Source: Stramenopiles sp. TOSAG23-2 (taxonomy: Eukaryota). From it: DNA of 34,738 nucleotides. A program made the position numbers and the translations under genes. How positions within the stretch are numbered: position 1 is the first letter of the stretch; each line of letters starts with the position of its first letter. Below are positions 22,399 through 32,700 of the stretch, piece by piece. Where the stretch lies: contig LT649347.1 in the NCBI GenBank assembly GCA_900128395.1, positions 1 to 34,738 on the forward strand. Direction: 5' to 3'. A model generated the notes under the pieces. It made no database searches. It was not told the origin of the DNA and was given only the letters and a program-made list of their open reading frames with translations.

Positions 22399-22983
22399 TT
22401 ATATATTATATAATACCTACTATACTTGATAGGGTTTGCAGCCAACATGATACTGTAGCTTGCCCTGGGCTTGCAAAAAGTCCATCCTTTTTCCGGGGTT
22501 ACTCTTGTCTCTTGTACTTGTGTTATGCTAGCCTGGCTAGCTGAAAATTAAAATATAGCATTACAAATGATGTGTAGTCCAGTATAGTGCATTATTAGTA
22601 CTATAATATAAAATAGAAACGAGGTGTCATGACGATCATGACGTTGTGCTGGAGTGATACAAGTCCTGAAGTTGTACAGTCGTGGGGGTTGGTGAATTAG
22701 CATGGACACACCATGTACTTGGATATATTAAAATATATATGAAACCAAAAAAGGGGAGAACTACACACATACTAATTAATATAATAGTTTACGTAAAAGT
22801 ATACTGTACAATATACATAAGCAATATACATCTTTATCAACTTACCACCAAAGATCTATGAAAATAGAAGCTATCTTATTCATTGGAGTCCGAGATAAAA
22901 AACAAAAGTACGTGATAAAAAAGGTACAATATTTGTAAAACAAAAATATTGTTATTTAATTTACGAGTTACAACATTAAATAA

Positions 22984-25077
22984 ATGTTGGAACAAACTCA
23001 AGTGACGCTAGAGTTATCAGGAAAACAAGATGGTGAGAAGAAAGCCATACCAGAATCGGCGGAAGCTCGAGGAAATACATATAGATTAACAAGGTGTCAG
23101 AAACTGAGGATATTATGTGGGTATGAAAGCATCTTATTACTCTTAATGTTTCTAGCAGTTGGTGGGGGGCATTTCTTTACATTTTGGCTGTACCGCAGCA
23201 GTAATTGGAGGTGGGTGTATTTTGCCATGGCATTATTTTCGTGGTTAGTCTCGATAAGTTTTCTAGCAAGAACAATTTCGGCCGTATTTTCTACTGAAAA
23301 AAAACGGAAGAAAGAACCTACATCACAAGATTCAACTGATGCGAAAAAAATGACAAATGATAATGCATCTGAAACACATAAACCTGCATTGAATAACCCA
23401 AATGAACCTACACAAACTACAAATAGATGCGGAAATTGTAAATATTTTAACAAGGTACGTACCATTATAACGAGAATTAAGAATGACGTGTTTGAAGTTA
23501 ACGGAAAGTATTATCTTGTCAAGCTGTACGTGTCTGAGGCAATAGAAAATGGCTGGCAGCTATACACTATGTTCAACCTTTATTTATGTATATTGCCCAT
23601 TCGAATGGCTACTATATTATCTTTTTTCCTGGTGGCAGAGCTAGTAGCAAATTTATACGTGACATTTCATCTTAGTTCGCAAATTGTTCGAGATCGTTTG
23701 CTTATAATTGACATGATTACTGATTTGTTTTGCCTTGCCTTTCCTTTGTTGTACAATTTTTTTGCATATCGAATGCCTCTGTCTATTTTTGAAAGCTTCC
23801 AAATTTTACTGATTCCAACATTATGCTTGATAAGTAAGGCAAATGATGTTTGGGTGGATATAATACATGTGGATCTTCAACGAATCGAGACAAAACGGGT
23901 AGCTTCAAGAAGAAGATCAAGCCGGAGGTCTAGCATTTTTGCCTTACAATCTAACAGAGAAATGTTTGGCAACCAATTGCAACAGTTTCCTAAAAAATGT
24001 CGATATGGATTTGCTGTTTTAAATCTATTCTTTATGCTATGTTTTTTTGCAATTGGGATTATCCAGGTTGTATATTCTATATCCTATGAAAACAATGGGA
24101 GACAAGAGTGTCAAAAACTGTATACAAAACAAATTTGGGATCAATGTGTACTAAAAATCCCATTTTGCAAGAACCCTTTTGTTGGTAAATGCGATTGTGC
24201 AGTGTTAACTCTCAAAAATTATACAGAAACAAAATTTCCACCATCATTTGAGGGCTTACAATCTTTAAAAATGCTCAATATATATACAGGGCGATTAGAG
24301 GAATTACCAGATAATATTGGAGAAAAACAGGCCAACTTAGTCGAAATTGCCATAATACGCAACCCTTTAAAACGATTGCCTAATAGTGCTTCGAAATTAA
24401 AGCAATTGCTAAGACTTAAACTAATTAGCACCAACATAACTGAAATACCAAATCCTGCTCAATGGACATCTTTAATAACACTAATAGTCAGGCTGTCCAA
24501 GCTGCGTATTTTACCAGAAAACATTGGCTTATTACAAATGCTAAATTGGTTGGATCTGAATAATAATCTGATACAAAAGCTCCCTGATAGCATCGGTTCT
24601 TTGGAAAATTTACGAGTACTTTCAGTATCTCATAACAGTATAAGCGAGCTACCAGATGCAATAACTGCATTGAAGAGGCTACAATATATATATGGAGTTA
24701 ACATCACACTAAGTAAGCTACCAAAAAATATAGGAAACATGAAAGCATTAACCGGAATTGACGTGCGTAATAATTTATTGAAGGAACTTCCAGCTTCAGT
24801 ATCGAATTTAAAGAATATTGCAGAATTTTATGTAGCAAGAAATCCTCTATGCCCAGATCATAAATTCCCAAGTAATCTAGTTGAAGCTGAAGGATTATGC
24901 GTGGAACAATGTTCTGTTGGATGTCAAATTTCATGGAAAGGAGATGGTTTTTGCGATGATGCTGAGCATAGTCATGGATATTCAGATGGATATATTCCTC
25001 CTAAAGCAAATGCTGGATGTAACACAGCAAATTGTAATTATGATGGTGGAGATTGTTCTCAGCCTTACGAGGAGTAA
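22984..25077 (+). CDS. Multi-pass membrane protein with C-terminal leucine-rich repeats and an LNR/Notch-like Cys-rich domain
   Basis: About 7 hydrophobic segments, a Cys cap (CVLKIPFC...CDC), about 9 LxxLxLxxNxLxxLPxxIG repeats, then CSVGCQISWKGDGFCD...CNTANCNYDGGDC. Confidence 0.88.
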   Translation: MLEQTQVTLELSGKQDGEKKAIPESAEARGNTYRLTRCQKLRILCGYESILLLLMFLAVGGGHFFTFWLYRSSNWRWVYFAMALFSWLVSISFLARTISAVFSTEKKRKKEPTSQDSTDAKKMTNDNASETHKPALNNPNEPTQTTNRCGNCKYFNKVRTIITRIKNDVFEVNGKYYLVKLYVSEAIENGWQLYTMFNLYLCILPIRMATILSFFLVAELVANLYVTFHLSSQIVRDRLLIIDMITDLFCLAFPLLYNFFAYRMPLSIFESFQILLIPTLCLISKANDVWVDIIHVDLQRIETKRVASRRRSSRRSSIFALQSNREMFGNQLQQFPKKCRYGFAVLNLFFMLCFFAIGIIQVVYSISYENNGRQECQKLYTKQIWDQCVLKIPFCKNPFVGKCDCAVLTLKNYTETKFPPSFEGLQSLKMLNIYTGRLEELPDNIGEKQANLVEIAIIRNPLKRLPNSASKLKQLLRLKLISTNITEIPNPAQWTSLITLIVRLSKLRILPENIGLLQMLNWLDLNNNLIQKLPDSIGSLENLRVLSVSHNSISELPDAITALKRLQYIYGVNITLSKLPKNIGNMKALTGIDVRNNLLKELPASVSNLKNIAEFYVARNPLCPDHKFPSNLVEAEGLCVEQCSVGCQISWKGDGFCDDAEHSHGYSDGYIPPKANAGCNTANCNYDGGDCSQPYEE

Positions 25078-25433
25078 TGCACTAATCAGAAATAGAGAGT
25101 AGCTATATACCCACAGTATATCATATGCAAAAAAAAAAAATAAAAAAATCTTGCATTTTGAACTACATTGACAATTTCTTCAGCTAAATCCTTTGGCAAA
25201 CTAGTAGCTCGAGCTACCTACAGTAGCAGCAGCATGTGTACCGTACCATGCACTGCAATGCATGCTTTGCTGGTAAAACAGATGTGTTCAGCCAACAACG
25301 AAAAAAAAAGAGAGAAAAGGCCAGTGAAAGGTTAATAAGCCGGAAATCTATTCTAAAAATATATTTTGTTCATATCATATCTTAAATGATATTATGCATA
25401 TCATACCAAGTATCATAGTATTATTTCAAGATA

Positions 25434-25597
25434 TTGAAAGTATTAGTGCATTTTTATATTTTACACATTTATATGATGTACAAGTACCAATAAAATACGA
25501 GAGTGTATAATATTAAAAATTAAAAATATCACAACACACCACACATGACTATATTATTATATTTTATAATAAAATATTCGTACATACGAATTCGTAC
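25434..25597 (+). repeat. Degenerate direct repeat, right copy; also the 3' flank of the 25607-27211 gene
   Basis: Same ordered blocks as 22241-22398. Confidence 0.8.
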
Positions 25598-25606
25598 GTA
25601 ATGATT

Positions 25607-27211
25607 TTACACCGTTTTTGCCATTCCCCCCATACTACTACTACTATCAATACTTAATCTCCTTTTTCTTTCTTCTTGTTTTTTTTCTTCTTGTTGTTTT
25701 CTTCGTTCATTTGCAATCATATCAGCAGCAGTTGTTATTTTATTCCTATCATCATCGCCACCTGTCATACTTCTTTTTAATCTTTCTAATTTTTTTTTCT
25801 TTTCTAAATCTTTATATATTTTCGCAGCTGTATCGTTTAAAATCAATGGTGAATTCATATGTAAATCGCGTTTTAATTCATTTGTACGCGGTTCCTTCAT
25901 TATAATTGTACCTAAACAACCATATCGTGGCTTAAATACATTTTCATCCTCCCTACCAGATGGACCCGTTTTAATACTACAACCATTTTTACTCCAATGT
26001 TCTTCATCTTTCATAATGGTAAAATTCCATCCTAAATCAGGATATACTTCCGTTAATGTTGGATTTAAACGTCCACATTTATCTTTAAAAGAGGAAGATG
26101 GACCTTTTAATTTAACTTTTAATGCTGATAATGCCATTGAATTTGTACGTTCATGAGCTGGTATTGTTTTTTGTATTATTGTTATTTCATCATCATCGGA
26201 ACTATAGTAATCTGGATCATCTTCCTCCATCGCTGTGCCTAAATATTTTGGTTTATATTCTTTTCCACTTGTATCATATTGAAATTTATGTTCTGGAAAA
26301 CGTTCATCTGTACATTTAAATGGAAACCAATAGGTTTGACTTTTATCCAATGTTGATCTTGGAGAATTTATCTTATCACTACCACGTTCCATTGTTTTTG
26401 TAAATGCCATGGTATCACGTGGTACATCATGAAATTTAACACCTTTATTTCGTCCTTTCCAATATAAATTCGTTTGTCGTATTTGCATACCAATTGTATC
26501 TACTGTATCATTTGGTTTTAATTTTACCGCTGGTATTCGTGGACCGGAGGAATCAAATGCTTGTCTATATGGCATTTTTTCCCATCTTTCTATATTTCGT
26601 TTTGCAACAGCTGCAATATCAGTATACATGTTTTCTCCTTGATACATTTCATCTGATCCAAAACCAATTTTTTTACCAATCCAACTACCACGTTCACCTT
26701 TTAAAAATGTAAATGTACGTCCATTTTTTTCCCCCCAACTAACGCCACCATCTTTATCCCATACTTTTTCTAACTCATCTTTATATACATTGATCATTTT
26801 TTTCACTAAACGTTTATGATTTCGTTGTTTTGATGGAGGTTCTAATATCTGTTTATATAATGTTTTATCAGTTCCTTTCCTCGAATTTCTAAGCTTTGCT
26901 AATGCAGTATTACGTTTTCTTTTCTCCCTAGCTTCTTTACGGTTCATAGCATGTGTATATTTATCAAAATTTACCATCGAGGATCTTAAACGTTTTATTT
27001 GTGAAGCACATACTGAACGTGCTTGATGCGATGATTCTAACGATAGATCAATATCTTCTTTCTTTTTATGTCGTTGTTTTTTTCTACGTCCATTATTACC
27101 AGTTTGTATCGGAGATGGTTGTTGACCAAATGTTTTTTTTTGCTCTGGTGGTTTATTGTTCGTATTACGCCTTGCAATAGTCGGAGATGAATACGATTTA
27201 TTTAATTTCAT
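25607..27211 (-). CDS. Hypothetical basic, hydrophilic protein
   Basis: 534-aa ATG-initiated ORF with host-like codon usage; no domain recognised. Confidence 0.75.
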   Translation of the reverse strand: MKLNKSYSSPTIARRNTNNKPPEQKKTFGQQPSPIQTGNNGRRKKQRHKKKEDIDLSLESSHQARSVCASQIKRLRSSMVNFDKYTHAMNRKEAREKRKRNTALAKLRNSRKGTDKTLYKQILEPPSKQRNHKRLVKKMINVYKDELEKVWDKDGGVSWGEKNGRTFTFLKGERGSWIGKKIGFGSDEMYQGENMYTDIAAVAKRNIERWEKMPYRQAFDSSGPRIPAVKLKPNDTVDTIGMQIRQTNLYWKGRNKGVKFHDVPRDTMAFTKTMERGSDKINSPRSTLDKSQTYWFPFKCTDERFPEHKFQYDTSGKEYKPKYLGTAMEEDDPDYYSSDDDEITIIQKTIPAHERTNSMALSALKVKLKGPSSSFKDKCGRLNPTLTEVYPDLGWNFTIMKDEEHWSKNGCSIKTGPSGREDENVFKPRYGCLGTIIMKEPRTNELKRDLHMNSPLILNDTAAKIYKDLEKKKKLERLKRSMTGGDDDRNKITTAADMIANERRKQQEEKKQEERKRRLSIDSSSSMGGMAKTV

Positions 27212-27689
27212 TTTAGTAAAAGATATTTATAATATATATATATATAGTCTGTGTGTAAATATTTCTCTTCTACATTTCCCCTCCTCGTTAATCTTACTAT
27301 ACATTCGATATATCTTGTTAACTTCAATTTTATTATGGTGCTATGGGCGAAGACTTATAACTTATAACTATAGTAGTCGTCCGTGGTGTATCTCGATAAA
27401 CGGATTTTTGCTATTGCCGATCTTAATCTGCCGATCTCAAAAAAAATCATGCCGAAAACCTTATTAAATCCGAACGAAAACCTTATATTTAGATTGTTGT
27501 ATGCCAGCCTAAGGCCAGTATTAATATGTATTTTTAAGGCAGCTATAAGTACTTTTAAAAAAATATATTAATATAACTGTGGTATGCAACGTATGATATA
27601 TATTATATATACAGTATAATATTAATATATACTTATGTCCCCCACACACATCACACCAACTCTTTTACGCGTACTAGCATTTTTTGTTT

Positions 27690-29006
27690 TTAAACTTTTT
27701 TCATATTATTCATCCATTGTTTATTTGGGGGTAAAATACTATTAAATGGACCTTGAACTTTGTTAGTTTTTTGCATTTTGGAAACATCTCGATGACGCAA
27801 TTTTTGATCAATTGCTTCTAATTCAACTGCTGTTACCCATTCCAAAAAAGGATCCAATTTCGACCTCGCTATTGTTAAGATACCATCTTGAAATCGCATT
27901 CCTGGAACGACTTGTAACTCATGCTTTTCTGGCATTTTACCATGTCTCCATTCTTTAACAACAATTGATGGTAATATTTGAAGTTCATATAAATATCGAA
28001 ATAAAACCAATGCTTTATTACTATCATAAATTTCTGACTGTACAACTAAACGGCGTTCTAAATAAGACATTAAAAGAATCTCCGCATCTTTTCGAACATT
28101 GTGATATTTCTCAAACAACTTTTTCAATGTCAATGGAAATGATTTCTCCAAGGTTTCATGATTTTCTGTGTGAAAAATAATTTCAAACCAAAATCGAAGA
28201 ATTTCTAAATTATCTAAACTAAAATGTTTTAAAGTTTTTTTCACTGCTTTGAAAAAATTAACACGTGATTTTTTCGATGAAACCATTGCATTTTTTACAT
28301 GTACACTAAAATTTTCATGGTTCTTCCCAGAAAATCTTTGATAGGCAAGGTCACAACGTTTTACATTATCTCTATTTTCTAATTTTAACTTTAACATTTT
28401 ATCACGCTCTAGCCGGCGTTTTTCAGCTGCTTTTGGACCTATCTTGCCTCTTTGGGAAAAACGTGATTTTAAATTGTTAATGTTATGTTTTAAATGTTTA
28501 TCATTATTCATTCTCTCCCATTGCATTTGTCTACCATTTTTAAAACCTGGGGAGAGACCTATCACTTCCGAACCTTTTGGATACCGCTTAGCTTTCGTTT
28601 TTCGCCCTCTGCTTTTTTTCAAAGGGGAGTTAGTATTAAAAGTAGGACTGAAAAGAGACTTTGGTAAACCATGGTTTGGCGGTGTAGGTTGCATTGTATT
28701 TGTATTATTCATATAGGAGTAGTCTTTTTCTATTTCATTTTTAACTGTTTCTGAAAGGGACTGCATTGGTATAGGGCTCTTTAGAGATTGCGTATTTGTA
28801 CCTAATTGATTTAACAATTCACGTCCTACAATTTCATTTTGATTACTTTTTACATAACGAGTCCTGCTAGCAGTATTAGCATTACCAAAATTAATAAGAT
28901 TACCACTATCATTATCATTTACTTTTTTCATTTTTTCAGCGGATAATCCATCTATTTTACTCAAAACATTTTGAGTATTCTTCAACGAGTCATTCATGCC
29001 GTCCAT
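27690..29006 (-). CDS. Hypothetical protein with a divergent C-terminal W2 (eIF5/eIF2B-epsilon/eIF4G-type) domain
   Basis: LFRYLYELQILPSIVVKEW and ARSKLDPFLEWVTAVELE resemble W2 AA-boxes. First ATG is at 29006. Confidence 0.65.
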   Translation of the reverse strand: MDGMNDSLKNTQNVLSKIDGLSAEKMKKVNDNDSGNLINFGNANTASRTRYVKSNQNEIVGRELLNQLGTNTQSLKSPIPMQSLSETVKNEIEKDYSYMNNTNTMQPTPPNHGLPKSLFSPTFNTNSPLKKSRGRKTKAKRYPKGSEVIGLSPGFKNGRQMQWERMNNDKHLKHNINNLKSRFSQRGKIGPKAAEKRRLERDKMLKLKLENRDNVKRCDLAYQRFSGKNHENFSVHVKNAMVSSKKSRVNFFKAVKKTLKHFSLDNLEILRFWFEIIFHTENHETLEKSFPLTLKKLFEKYHNVRKDAEILLMSYLERRLVVQSEIYDSNKALVLFRYLYELQILPSIVVKEWRHGKMPEKHELQVVPGMRFQDGILTIARSKLDPFLEWVTAVELEAIDQKLRHRDVSKMQKTNKVQGPFNSILPPNKQWMNNMKKV

Positions 29007-29330
29007 TAGAAACAATGTATATATTATTGAATATTAACGATAATAATATACACTGATGAAGTTGGTAGAAAACAATAGTAGTATTATATAATTTTATAAT
29101 AATATTATTGATTCGTGATAACATCACATTGATTACGATCGTTCGGATTGTATTGATATTGTTGGAATTGCATGCAATTGCATAGGTAATATTAATAATA
29201 GTATTTTTTTGTTGAATTTTTTATAACTGCTATGCAACGATTTTTTTTATCGACGACGATGTGAATGGCCTTTTAGTAATCTTAATTATAATGCTATGTG
29301 AATGCTAATTATAATATTTATAAAAAAACA

Positions 29331-29521
29331 GCAGCTTTCCAAGCTTTCCAGCCTTTCCTAGAGCGGATCCTCTCTAGCCTTTCCAGGCTTTCCAGGCTGT
29401 CCAGGCTTTCCAGCTTTCTTTAATAGCACTTTACCTGCTGGCTGGCTGGCTGGTATAATCAGCTTTCCAGCTTTCCAGGCTTTCTGGCTTTCCTGGCTTT
29501 CCAGGCTTTCGTTCCAGGCTT
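29331..29521. repeat. Degenerate 8-9 bp minisatellite (GGCTTTCCA) in two blocks
   Basis: Repeated (G)GCTTTCCA(G) units at ~29333-29418 and ~29461-29521; a GC-rich island in AT-rich intergenic DNA. Confidence 0.85.
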
Positions 29522-29765
29522 TTTTCATTTTTTCAAGTCATGGCAGCACCATGCCTTATAGGCATGCATGCTGCAGTTATTTATTATTTCGAAATTATAT
29601 ATATACTACAGATAATTAATATTGATTTTAGATGATTGTTTATTACTTTTTACCTGGTTAATTTAACAAGCAAGAAAATCATCACCACATGATATACTGC
29701 ATGTGAAAGCTTCTCACTGATATAAAAGTATTGATAAACTATAGAAAGAGAGAAAAGATGACAAT

Positions 29766-32700
29766 ATGATTAAAACATTGCATGATAAAGACCCAAATAA
29801 ATGGCAAAAAACAACATTAAAACATTTTAAAAATGTTATGGAAAAATTATGTCATCCTGAACAAGAAGAGGAACAAAATACAAAAGATGAAGAAGAAGAA
29901 AAAGAACAAATTGTTATTGACCCATATATAATATTAACAACAAAAGATTATTTAGGGCGTATTCCTATATATCATGCAATTACAAACGGAGCAAATAAAT
30001 ATGTAGTTGATTACATTAAGAATATTATGGTAGAAGGTGGAGTCTCTGAAAAATTTTTAAACAACATAATTGGCAATGCTACTATCACAAGTGCTGAAAA
30101 CAATAATACTGACAATAATAATAACTGTAGAATGATAGCTGGTCTATACGAATGTGACATTGATGCAGAAGCGTGGAAATATACAACTGCAGATCATGTC
30201 AAATTATTAATGAAAGAAAAAATAAAAGAGAAGAAAAAAATGAATGGTACAAGTCCTGGTGGAAGTAAATACGATGTAAACGATACCAAACGTATGGAAC
30301 AAATGCTTAATACAGATGGTGGACGATGGGGTAATATACCGATATTTTATGCTGTATATTATAGCGCGAAAATGAGTGTTGTTAAATATATGTTTGAAAA
30401 TAATAAATATGGAACTTTAAATTGGCGTAGTGACACTGGTTGGACCTTGCTCCATTACGCTGCTATTTGGAATCAATGCCATTTGTTGCCATATCTAATA
30501 TTGGCATATGGAATGAACGAAAATGGATTATATGTTAAAGATGAGGATGGAATGACTGCACTTGATGTAGCAAATGATTTTACTAGGAAAGATGCTGCAA
30601 CAATACTATCAAAACCTTTTATTACATTAAAGGAATATTACATTCATATGGTAAAAACTGAGAAGCATAACAAAGACATAACGTGTAAATTTAATGAAGA
30701 ATTGAAAACTTTTTTAAATATTATAAAAGATGAATATGCATCTCAAACGAAAAATATTGAAAAATACTATGATTTTGAAAAAATAGATGATGATGATGAA
30801 ACGTATATGTTTGAATTTTTAGAAAATTACGATGAAACATTTATGAAAATAGATATAGAAAATAAAAACGAAGATACAAAATTGTTTGCAAAAGATGGTC
30901 CAGCGTTAATAAATTATATCAACTTGTTTAAGATATGGGATTATGGATCTATCAAAGAAGAGGAAAAAGTCATAATTTGGAAACATTTACTTAATTTATG
31001 TAATATTGCATTGCAGTACATAGATATAGAAGAAAGCGATATTGACTTGTTGGTAGAAGAATATTCAATATTACATTTAGCAATTTTATTAAAGGGAGAT
31101 TTGGACGGCATTGACTTCATTTTAAATGAAGAGCCTGATTTAACATGCAAACTAGATATTTTAGGACGAACACCATTGCACTGCATACTCAATAATATAA
31201 ATGTTAATGATTTAGAATCGCTTGAATTAGGATTGACATATTTTAAACGGCTTGTGCATGTGAAACCGTCATCTGCAACAATTTTAAATGTCGACAAAAA
31301 AACGCCATTACAATTAATATGCGAATTACCATACCATTCAATTTTATCAATACCATCAAATGCAAATAGACGGATACGCGAAAGCGAGAGAAATGACGAG
31401 GATCAAGACGTTTGCAATAGCAAGAAAGATGACATTTCAACTGTTCATTTAGAAATAATTAAAGTTTTATACAATGCAATGCCATCAACAACGTTTCACG
31501 ATCAAGAACATCATGATCGTCAAAATATAATCAAATCCTATTGCATCTGGCCAAAAGCATTATTATGGTTTAAATTGCTTGGATCGACATATGCGCGGTA
31601 TACTATTACTCAATCTACCAACATATCAACAATACACAAATCAAATATGGCAATAGTCCATAATGCAGTGGATTTAATGGAAAATAATAAAAATGTCGTG
31701 TTAAAAATAATGAAAGATAAAGAAAATTTCTTAAATGAAATTTATGCTAGGAAAATTAAGGATGATGCATATAGAAATAATATTGATGAATGTGCAATTA
31801 AAGTTTTAGGTTGGCATGTACCATTTGATCAAGACGCATTTGCAACAATAGATAAAAATGCTTCTAAGTTAAGCCAAAAAATTGTAAACAGGTATGAAAA
31901 CGCAGAACGTACAAACAACGCTGGCGAATATGTACTAGTGTTAGAACCAGCTATATGCACATTATATGATGATATTAATACTCAGTTTTTTGCAGGCCGA
32001 AATATTCAAGAAGTAATTCAAACTTTTTATGAAATTGTTACTCGTGTAAATCAATTACACAAATTAGGTCTTGTTCATTGTAACATTAAGCCAAAAAATA
32101 TTTTAAAAGTAAAAAGTAATGCAACAACGGGTGATCCTAGTAGGAATTTTAAATATAAACTTGCAGACTTATGTCAATGTAAAAATATTGGTGAATTTCG
32201 TTGTATAAAAGAAGAAGCCACAGGCGACAAAGGCAAACCAATAAGTGACAATGAAAAGTTTGATTTAAATAGTAAGAGTGGAGAATATTCTTCCGCCTAC
32301 ATGGCCCCAGAATTTGCACAACATTTTTTCGCAAATTTACAACCACAGAAAGGGATTGAAGTTAAACCATCTATGGACATTTGGTCTTTAGGAGTAATTT
32401 TATATGAATTGTGCACTGATGAATTCTTATTTAAAAAAGACACCAGTCGAGATAATTTATTAAACAATATAGATAAAGCTAGATTATGTTTATGGCATAC
32501 AATACCTGATGATAATTATTTAGACAAAGTTTTTTTAAATACTATCATCGAAAAAAAAGAAGGTGAAGAGGATGATGAAAAGAAAAAAAGAACGGATGCA
32601 ATTAAAGCTTCCGTTTTCTTTGCGAAAAATTTGATCCGCTGGTGCTTAAAAGGGAAGGAAAATGAAAGACCATCCATTGATGACATATTCAACCATCCTT

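Noticed and set aside
29331-29521. CRISPR array, telomere or NF-kB sites
   Set aside because: No unique spacers, not a uniform terminal repeat, and only a half-site resemblance with no evidence for NF-kB.
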